Of a stretch of DNA of 32,000 bases, positions 16,362-23,328 are shown one piece after another (position 1 is the stretch's first letter; each line of letters begins with the position of its first letter). The notes under the pieces were generated by a model. That model searched no databases and had not been told where the DNA came from. It saw nothing but the letters and a program-made list of their open reading frames with translations. The stretch spans positions 3,090,001-3,122,000 of the forward strand of contig NC_014033.1 in assembly GCF_000025925.1 (NCBI RefSeq). The letters are read 5' to 3'. This DNA is from Xylanibacter ruminicola 23. GTDB taxonomy: Bacteria; Bacteroidota; Bacteroidia; Bacteroidales; Bacteroidaceae. Made by a program: the position numbers and the translations under genes.

Positions 16362-16402
16362 AGATATCCGTAATGTATCTACCAGATATCCGTAACTTAT
16401 CT
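16362..16402. promoter_or_regulatory. two tandem 19-bp dyad-symmetric sites AGATATCCGTAAYNTATCT, 22 bp apart
   Basis: The sites are 16362-16380 (AGATATCCGTAATGTATCT) and 16384-16402 (AGATATCCGTAACTTATCT). Each is AGATA-N9-TATCT. A function as a binding site is inferred only. Confidence 0.45.
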
Positions 16403-16516
16403 CATAGATTAATTACGTTTTCCCAACGTGGGCGCTCGGCTTTGCCGCTTCGCTTGTCGAAGAATATTTGTTCCCCAACTAGGGAATTTTTGCGCCCTCA
16501 CGTGGCAGCAAAATTT

Positions 16517-17527
16517 TCATCGCTTGCGGGCGATGACGTAGATGATAACGGGGGCGCCGATGAGAGGGGTGACGGCGTTGAGGGGGATGACACCACTCTC
16601 GCCTGGCAGATAGCAGATAAGATTACATACCAGGGCTACTACCGAACCGCAGAGTAGGGTGGCGGGTAGCAGTTGTCGGTGGTTGTCGGTGGTGAGCAAT
16701 AGGCGGGCTATGTGGGGAACGGCCAGTCCGATAAAGGCTACAGGACCGCAGAAGGCGGTGGTGATAGCGGTTAGCAGACCGGTTACAATCAGTAACCAGT
16801 TGCGTACTCGCAGAATATTTACGCCTAAGTTCTCGGCATATCTGTCGCCCAGCATCAAGGCATTCAAGGGTTTTATCAACAATAAAGCCCCAATAAGGCC
16901 AGCTAACGTAACAATGGCAAACACAGGCATGTTGGTCATCGACACGCCACCAAACGAGCCCATACCCCATACCATATACGATTTTACGCCCTCGTCGGTA
17001 GCAAAAAAGTTAAGCAGCGATATGGCCGAGTTGCTGATGTAGCCAATCATGATACCTATGATTAATAGCATCACACTATTGCGAACCAAGGTTGAGAAGA
17101 AAAAGATGATGGTCATCACCGTCATGGCGCCCACAAAGGCAGCCAGCAGGATGGCAGCAAAACCTGTGATGCTGACCGAACCTACGGAAAGTCCGCCACC
17201 TAAAAACAGCATCACCAATGCCACACCCAGCCCGGCACCGCTGTTTACACCAAACACACTGGGACCAGCCAGCGGGTTGCGGAAAGCCGTTTGTAGCATC
17301 AGTCCGCTTACAGCCAAAGCGGCACCACACAGGGTGGCTGTGATGGCTTGGGGCAGTCGCGACTCCAAAATGATGAACTGCCACGAGGCTTTGGCGGTTT
17401 CATCGCCCAAAAGTATGCTTACAACATCACCTGCTGGAATCGATACCGACCCCAACAGCAGATTGAGCGCGAAGAGTACCATGACCACTAATCCCAATCC
17501 TAAGCAATAAACCGAACCTTTGTTCAT
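16517..17527 (-). CDS. FecCD/BtuC-family ABC transporter permease (iron-siderophore/cobalamin type)
   Basis: 336 aa, about 9-10 hydrophobic helices, and family-typical segments (LLLGSVSIP, RLPQAITATLCGAALAVSGLMLQ, NPLAGPSVFGVNSGAGLG, VIPLNAVTPLIGAPVIIYVI). Confidence 0.85.
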   Translation of the reverse strand: MNKGSVYCLGLGLVVMVLFALNLLLGSVSIPAGDVVSILLGDETAKASWQFIILESRLPQAITATLCGAALAVSGLMLQTAFRNPLAGPSVFGVNSGAGLGVALVMLFLGGGLSVGSVSITGFAAILLAAFVGAMTVMTIIFFFSTLVRNSVMLLIIGIMIGYISNSAISLLNFFATDEGVKSYMVWGMGSFGGVSMTNMPVFAIVTLAGLIGALLLIKPLNALMLGDRYAENLGVNILRVRNWLLIVTGLLTAITTAFCGPVAFIGLAVPHIARLLLTTDNHRQLLPATLLCGSVVALVCNLICYLPGESGVIPLNAVTPLIGAPVIIYVIARKR

Positions 17528-17549
17528 ACTGTGGGCAAAAGTACAAAAT

Positions 17550-17584
17550 AATTATCAATTATCAATTATCAATTTTCAATTTTC
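17550..17584. repeat. heptamer tandem repeat (AATTATC)x3 (AATTTTC)x2
   Basis: Read directly: five contiguous 7-bp units in the divergent promoter region between the permease and the OM barrel gene. Confidence 0.9.
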
Positions 17585-17588
17585 TGCG

Positions 17589-17696
17589 CCATTCGTCACA
17601 AATTTACCGTTTATCACACCATTCGTCACAAAATGTCACAGAATATCCCTAAAATTTGGAGTGTGTTGCAACTATATCTACTTTTGCAACGTCAAA
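17589..17696 (+). promoter_or_regulatory. promoter module A: two CCATTCGTCACAAA boxes, a -33 TTTG, a -7 TACTTTTG and GCAACGTCAAA
   Basis: Boxes lie at 17589-17602 and 17619-17632, TTTG at 17655-17658 and TAnnTTTG at 17679-17686. Block order and spacing are identical to modules B and C. Confidence 0.55.
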
Positions 17697-17735
17697 ACGA
17701 CAGAGCTCGAGTTGAAAAATTAAATTGATGAAAGT

Positions 17736-20111
17736 ATGAAAAAGTTAAGTTTTAGACTGATGGCCCTGATGGCCGCAATGATGATGACGCTGACAAGTTC
17801 CGCCAAGACACAAGACTGGGGCGGACGCGTGATAGATGAGAATGGCGAACCCATGCCGTATGTAAATGTAGTGCTGCTGTCGCTGCCCGACTCGGCTTTT
17901 GTGCAGGGTGCAATGACCAACGAGCAGGGTGTGTTTAAGATTGTAACCGATGTGAACGAGGGCTTGTTTAAGGTTACCAGCGTGGGCTATCAAACCTTAT
18001 ATATGAAGGCTGGTCAGGATCTTACCATCCAGATGAAAGAGGATAACCAACTGTTGAAGGAGGTGGTAGTAAAAGGACAGTTGCCTAAAACTCATGTCAA
18101 GGGCGATGCCATGCGTACAACTGTGGCAGGAACCATCCTTGAGAAGGCTGGAACCGTGAGCGATGCTTTGGCAAAGATTCCTTCGCTCGAGGCTGAGCGC
18201 GATGGTGCCGTAAAGGTGCTGGGTCGTGGCGATGCCGAGGTGTATATCAATGGCCGTAAGGTACAGGATATCTCCGAACTGTCGCGTTTGCGTTCCGATC
18301 AGGTGCTGCATGTAGATGTGGTTCAGAATCCAGGAGCCCGTTATGCTGCATCAACCAAGGCTGTGGTTCGCATTACGCTGAAGAAGGCGCAGGGCGAGGG
18401 TATCAGTTTCCGGGATAATGCGGGTGGCATGTATCAGTATGGTCACACGTTTACCAATAATCTGGATGTGAACTATCGTACTGGCGGACTGGATGTAACA
18501 GCATCGTTCTGGGCAGGTCGCTATGGTCATAGCAAGAGTCTGCAGGAGGATGATATGTACTATTTAGTACCAAATGGCCAGGGTAAAGATGCGGTTACCG
18601 GCTATACCAAGCAGGAAACCAAACAGATATGGAAAGGTCTCTCGCCTCAGATTCAGCTTAACTATATGTTCAACGAGAACCATGGCTTGGGTGCTTTCTA
18701 CAAGTACGACTATCACCCCAGTGGTAGCCTGACCAGCGATTTTAATACCGACGAGTATCAGAATGGCGCCTTTATGGAGCGTTCGGAGAGCAAAATATGT
18801 CAGGATGATAAGTTTAAGAAGCATATCTTTAATGCCTATTATAATGGAAAGTTAGGAAATTTGGGTATCGATCTGAATATCGACGGACTCTTCGACGATA
18901 CCGAAACCCCGGGCAATACCATCGAGTTAGCCACATCGCCTGCTGGCGAGAAAACGCAGCGCACTATCAATAGCAATACCAAGAGTGGTAACAACTTCTG
19001 GGCTTCGAAGCTTATCTTCAGCTATCCTTTGTTTAAGGGTAACCTCTCTATTGGTGGTGAGTATAGCTATAATCATCGCACCGATGCCTACTCGTTTGCT
19101 GCCTCTGAGGCTGTGCCTGTAACAGCTACCGATACAGAGATTAACGAGAAGTCGGAAGCCGCCTTTATCGAGTACGGACATCAGTTCGGAAAGCTGTTTG
19201 CTCAGGTTGGTTTGCGTTACGAGCACCTGAAGAACGACTATTATAACTATGGTAAGCGTATGGACGACGAGAGCCGCGACTATGGCGACTGGTTCCCCAC
19301 CGCTACCCTCTCAGCGCCTATCGGTAAGGTACAGCTGGCACTCTCATATCGTCGCGATATCAAGCGCCCGGCCTATAGCAGCTTAACAAGCTCTACCATC
19401 TATCTGAACCGATATGCCTATCAGAGTGGTAACCCATATCTCCGCCCCACTTACACTCACAGCTTAGAGCTGAACGTAAACTATAAGTGGATGGGAATGA
19501 GTATGAACTACTCGCGTATCAAGGATTTGGAGACGATGTCGTCAGAACCCTTCCCAGGTGCCGATGATCCACTGGTATGCCTGGTTCGTCCCATCAATAC
19601 CGAGGAGGACTTCAATCAGCTGAGCTTTAATCCCTATGCCAGTCCGGTTATTGGCTGTTGGCATCCTACCTGGTACGTCTATGTGCAGTTCCAGGATTAC
19701 AAGGCGCCTCGTGCCGATGGTTCTACCATTACCCTCAATCACCCATATTGTCAGGTAGGTTGGAATAATACCATTACGTTGCCAAAGGGCTGGCGTATTA
19801 ATGCCGGATTGAGTTATGTGCCTAAGGGCGATGCTAGTAACTTCCGCATTCACAAGCAGCAGTTCCGTTCTAACCTCGGTGTTCAGCGCGATTTCAACCT
19901 GCGCCGTTTGGGTACACTTACTGCCGATGTACGTTGCAACGATATCTTTAATACCGATAAGACTAACGCCACCCTGTTTGGCCAGCGTGAGTTAACTGTT
20001 CGTAATCCAGCCCGTCGTACCTTCATGCTCGACCTGACTTGGAAGTTTAACGAGGCTAACAGTAAGTATCGTGGAAAAGGTGCTGGCGAAAAGCAGAAAG
20101 CACGTATGTAA
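17736..20111 (+). CDS. outer-membrane beta-barrel family protein (TonB-receptor-like; CarboxypepD_reg-like N-domain plus plug-like domain plus barrel)
   Basis: 791 aa with a signal peptide, a GRVIDENGEPMPYVNVVL..GVFKIV regulatory-like domain, a plug-like segment (VLGRGDAEVYINGRKV) and a long barrel. It is a paralogue of 25335-27482. Confidence 0.7.
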   Translation: MKKLSFRLMALMAAMMMTLTSSAKTQDWGGRVIDENGEPMPYVNVVLLSLPDSAFVQGAMTNEQGVFKIVTDVNEGLFKVTSVGYQTLYMKAGQDLTIQMKEDNQLLKEVVVKGQLPKTHVKGDAMRTTVAGTILEKAGTVSDALAKIPSLEAERDGAVKVLGRGDAEVYINGRKVQDISELSRLRSDQVLHVDVVQNPGARYAASTKAVVRITLKKAQGEGISFRDNAGGMYQYGHTFTNNLDVNYRTGGLDVTASFWAGRYGHSKSLQEDDMYYLVPNGQGKDAVTGYTKQETKQIWKGLSPQIQLNYMFNENHGLGAFYKYDYHPSGSLTSDFNTDEYQNGAFMERSESKICQDDKFKKHIFNAYYNGKLGNLGIDLNIDGLFDDTETPGNTIELATSPAGEKTQRTINSNTKSGNNFWASKLIFSYPLFKGNLSIGGEYSYNHRTDAYSFAASEAVPVTATDTEINEKSEAAFIEYGHQFGKLFAQVGLRYEHLKNDYYNYGKRMDDESRDYGDWFPTATLSAPIGKVQLALSYRRDIKRPAYSSLTSSTIYLNRYAYQSGNPYLRPTYTHSLELNVNYKWMGMSMNYSRIKDLETMSSEPFPGADDPLVCLVRPINTEEDFNQLSFNPYASPVIGCWHPTWYVYVQFQDYKAPRADGSTITLNHPYCQVGWNNTITLPKGWRINAGLSYVPKGDASNFRIHKQQFRSNLGVQRDFNLRRLGTLTADVRCNDIFNTDKTNATLFGQRELTVRNPARRTFMLDLTWKFNEANSKYRGKGAGEKQKARM

Positions 20112-20160
20112 TTTGTAATTAATAATTTTGCGTTTGTAAGTTGAACATATTTAAGTTTGT

Positions 20161-22512
20161 ATGAAAAGATTGTTTTTAGGTGCAGCTATTGCCATGCTGC
20201 TCATCCCTGCAGTGGCAGGGGCACAGACCAATCAGGCTGTCCAGACTGTTCGTGGTCAGGTTTGTGATGTTGCGTCGGGCGAGCCCATGATTGGTGTAAC
20301 GGTCACAGTAGAGAACGGTAGTACTATGGCTACCGTCTCTGATGTGGACGGAAATTTCGAAATCAAGAATGTGCCCGTGGGGCGCCATTCCGTCAGAGCC
20401 AGCTATATTGGTTACGAGTCTGTACTGCTTAAGGAGCAGATGGTTACCTCGGGTAAGGAGTTGGTACTCAATCTGCGTATGCGTGAGAGTATCTCCGAAC
20501 TGGGCGAGGTGGTTATCAAACCACGTGTAAACAAGCAACAACCATTGAACGAGATGGCTCAGGTGGGTGCCCGTATGTTCAGTGTCGAGGAGGCTAGTCG
20601 CTATGCTGGCGGCATGGCCGACCCTGCCCGCACGGCTTCGATGTTTGCGGGTGTGGCTACAGGTGGCGCTACCAACGGTATCTCTATTCATGGCAACTCA
20701 CCTCAGATGTTGCAATGGCGAGTTGAAGGCGTTGAGGTCGCCAATCCCAACCACTTTGCCGAGATTACCGAGGCTGGTGGTGGTGTGTTTACCTCGCTCA
20801 ACGGAACCGTGCTGGCTAATAGTGATTTCCTCACTGGCGCCATGCCAGCTGAGTATGGTAATGCCCTTTCTGGTGCCTTCGATATGAAGATGCGCGTGGG
20901 TAACAATACCAAGTACGAGCATGCCATCCAGGTGGGTACACTTGGTGTCGATTTCGCTTCCGAGGGTCCGTTGGCAAAGGGTTCTAAGGCCTCTTATCTG
21001 GTAAACTATCGCTATAGTTTCCTCGAGATAGCCAAGAAGCTGCATGCCATCAATATGGAGAACGAGACACTCGACTATCAGGACCTGAGCTTTAAACTCA
21101 ACATGCCTACCAAGAAGGCAGGTACCTTTGCCGTGTGGTTCACCGGACTGATCGATCGCTACGAGAATAAGGTTCCCGATGTGTCGGAGTGGGAAACGCT
21201 TTGGGACATGAACGACTCGTGGTCGCGCCAGCGCAACTGCGCTTTGGGCGTAAACCATACCTACCGCTTTAAGTCGGGTGGTACGCTGCACTCAAGTGTG
21301 GCTTTTACAGGCGCCTATCGCAAACTGGGTGTTAACGATTACGACGCAGATATGAACCAGATGCCACAAATGGCAGGACGTAGCTCACAGTGGAACGTCA
21401 TCATCAGCACCCAGCACCAACACAAGTTTTCATCAAGATATACCATGCAGAATGGCTTTGAGCACCAGCACTTAGATTTCCACACTTGGATGGATTACAT
21501 CCACTATACGGGTGGTCCGCTCTATCGTGTGTACGATTCTGAGGGCAATACAGGCCTTACCCGCTTTTATACCAACCATAAGGTGGCGCTCAGTCGTAAG
21601 CTTTCGGCTGTGGCTGGTGTCAACGTCATGTGGTTTAACCTCAACAACCAGTGGCTGGTTGAGCCTCGTATCAGCATGCAGTACAAAACTTCGGCATCAA
21701 GCACGCTCTCGCTGGCCTATGCCATGAACAGCCGCAAGGAAACTACCGATACCTATTTTGTACTGATGGACGGTAAGAATCCTAATAAGGATTTAGGATT
21801 GACACGTTCGCATCACATCTCAGCCTCGTTCGCTCAGCGTTTAGGCGACAACGCCATGCTGAAGATTGAGCCCTACTGGCAGTGGTTGTTCGATGTGCCT
21901 GTAGAAATGGGTAGTACCTATTCTATCCTGAATCATCGCAAGTTCTTTCAGGATCGTGCTTTGGTTAACGAGGGTGCAGGTCGTAACTATGGTATCGACT
22001 TCACCTTGGAACGTTATCTCAAGGACGGGTTCTATGGCATGATAACTGCCACTCTGTTTAAGTCGGAGTACCGCGATGCACAGGGCCAGTGGCACCACTC
22101 ACGCCATGATCGCCGCTACATCACCAATATTCTGGGTGGTAAGGAGTGGATGGTAGGCAAGGCCAAGAAAAACGTGTTTGGTATCAATGGTAGATTAACC
22201 ATGATGGGTGGCGATCGCTACACCCCAATTCCCGATGGTATCACTTTCGACGAGGTGATGATGCGCCCTGATAAGTCGATTCCTGAAGACGAGGGTTTGG
22301 ATCCCTTTACCAAGCAAAAGGGTATGAACGTAGGTTATGCTTTCTCGATTAAGTACACCATCAACAAGAAGCATACTTCGCACCACTTCATCCTCGAATA
22401 TCTGCAGATGAAGACGTTCCAGGGTCAGACGTTCGACCTGCACACCCACGAGACTGTGGATAAGTTCACCTCGCTCACATTCCCCAATATTGCCTATCGA
22501 GTAGAGTTCTGA
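20161..22512 (+). CDS. TonB-dependent receptor with a carboxypeptidase-regulatory-like N-domain
   Basis: 783 aa with a signal peptide, a RGQVCDVASGEPMIGVTVTV..GNFEIKNVPVG domain, a plug segment (DPARTASMFAGV, ISIHGNSPQMLQWRVEGVEV) and a C-terminal aromatic end (AYRVEF). Confidence 0.75.
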   Translation: MKRLFLGAAIAMLLIPAVAGAQTNQAVQTVRGQVCDVASGEPMIGVTVTVENGSTMATVSDVDGNFEIKNVPVGRHSVRASYIGYESVLLKEQMVTSGKELVLNLRMRESISELGEVVIKPRVNKQQPLNEMAQVGARMFSVEEASRYAGGMADPARTASMFAGVATGGATNGISIHGNSPQMLQWRVEGVEVANPNHFAEITEAGGGVFTSLNGTVLANSDFLTGAMPAEYGNALSGAFDMKMRVGNNTKYEHAIQVGTLGVDFASEGPLAKGSKASYLVNYRYSFLEIAKKLHAINMENETLDYQDLSFKLNMPTKKAGTFAVWFTGLIDRYENKVPDVSEWETLWDMNDSWSRQRNCALGVNHTYRFKSGGTLHSSVAFTGAYRKLGVNDYDADMNQMPQMAGRSSQWNVIISTQHQHKFSSRYTMQNGFEHQHLDFHTWMDYIHYTGGPLYRVYDSEGNTGLTRFYTNHKVALSRKLSAVAGVNVMWFNLNNQWLVEPRISMQYKTSASSTLSLAYAMNSRKETTDTYFVLMDGKNPNKDLGLTRSHHISASFAQRLGDNAMLKIEPYWQWLFDVPVEMGSTYSILNHRKFFQDRALVNEGAGRNYGIDFTLERYLKDGFYGMITATLFKSEYRDAQGQWHHSRHDRRYITNILGGKEWMVGKAKKNVFGINGRLTMMGGDRYTPIPDGITFDEVMMRPDKSIPEDEGLDPFTKQKGMNVGYAFSIKYTINKKHTSHHFILEYLQMKTFQGQTFDLHTHETVDKFTSLTFPNIAYRVEF

Positions 22513-22527
22513 TGATGGAAAAAGGGC

Positions 22528-22605
22528 CCATTCGTCACATTTTTGTACAGAATATCCCTAATATTTGGCGCGTGATGTAGTTTTTTATATCTTTGCAGCG
22601 TCAAA
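22528..22605 (+). promoter_or_regulatory. promoter module B: CCATTCGTCACA box, -33 TTTG, -7 TATCTTTG and GCAGCGTCAAA
   Basis: The box lies at 22528-22539, TTTG at 22564-22567 and TAnnTTTG at 22588-22595. The module starts 16 bp after the receptor stop. Confidence 0.55.
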
Positions 22606-22641
22606 CAATCGAAATGTAGAATTTCAAATAATAAGAGAGTT

Positions 22642-23202
22642 ATGAAACCAAGAACGATTATCGGATTAGTTTTAGTTGTAGGCGGTTTGGTTAAGCTTGC
22701 CACCATCTGGGGACTTATTCATTGGGAGTGGTTTGAAACAATGTCTGAAGGGCCATGGTGCATGTATTTCAGCATCTTTGTTATTATGTGGGTAGGTGCG
22801 CATCTGATTGTAGATAGTTATCGTCGCGACCCAGACCAGTGGTTGCAGCGCCCTCTGCCCATCGGCGAGGATGGCAAGCGCATCTGCTGTTGCGTGCATT
22901 ATGGTGGCGACGAGTATATTTTCCGTGGCGAGCCGTTCCATGGTGCCCGTCTCGATGCCTTCTGTGGTGGTCTCCGTATGGACTTGCGCGAGGCTGTGAT
23001 TACCGAGGACGAGGAGATTGATATCCACACCTTCTGTGGTGGTGTCGAGCTCTTTGTGCCTGCTCACGTCAATGTTTTGGTAAAGAGTCGCAGCTTTATC
23101 GGAGGTGTAGGCAACTCAACCGTGCATGTGCCTGATAAGGATGCCCCTTGCCTGCACATTGTAGCCAGCAATTTCTTTGGTGGCGTTGATGTTAAGAATT
23201 AA
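22642..23202 (+). CDS. LiaF-like (DUF2154-type) membrane protein
   Basis: 186 aa with two N-terminal TM helices. The beta-rich C-terminal part has repeated F-x-G-G motifs (FCGGLRMDL, FCGGVELFVP, FIGGVGN, FFGGVDV), as in the LiaF C-terminal domain. Confidence 0.5.
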   Translation: MKPRTIIGLVLVVGGLVKLATIWGLIHWEWFETMSEGPWCMYFSIFVIMWVGAHLIVDSYRRDPDQWLQRPLPIGEDGKRICCCVHYGGDEYIFRGEPFHGARLDAFCGGLRMDLREAVITEDEEIDIHTFCGGVELFVPAHVNVLVKSRSFIGGVGNSTVHVPDKDAPCLHIVASNFFGGVDVKN

Positions 23203-23248
23203 GAAAACCAAGTTTTGTTAATATTAAGTTAGAATTAATTTTCTAATA

Positions 23249-23283
23249 AAAGCAACGTCCGTCGCGATGACGCATGTTGCTTT
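23249..23283 (+). terminator. stem-loop, probable intrinsic terminator after the LiaF-like gene
   Basis: AAAGCAACGT-C-CGTC / GACG-C-ATGTTGCTTT forms about 14 bp with one mismatch and a 5-nt loop. An A-tract and a short T-tract flank the GC part. Confidence 0.5.
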
Positions 23284-23328
23284 CATGGTAAGAACAAATA
23301 TCGTTTAACTAATTATAGATTACGAAGT

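Noticed and set aside
16362-16402. dif/Xer recombination site in the convergent spacer
   Set aside because: A resemblance to TAATGTAT in E. coli dif caught my eye. However, the arms do not form the XerC/XerD half-site arrangement, and the motif is duplicated in tandem. I do not know the Bacteroidota dif consensus well enough to claim it.
16373-16657. 94-aa plus-strand ORF starting in the spacer and running into the permease gene
   Set aside because: Two thirds of it is antisense to the conserved permease C-terminus, and the G/D-rich translation is an antisense artefact. Its start lies inside the dyad repeat.
17528-17735. Cobalamin riboswitch upstream of the BtuC-like permease
   Set aside because: No B12-box-like GCCACTG core is visible on the minus strand. 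The -7 box is about 9 nt from the ATG, leaving no leader, and the rest of the spacer belongs to the opposite promoter module.
17728-17739. Tiny uORF (MKV-stop) overlapping the ATG of the OM barrel gene
   Set aside because: Three codons in an A/T-rich leader are expected by chance, and no equivalent exists in the other two module leaders.
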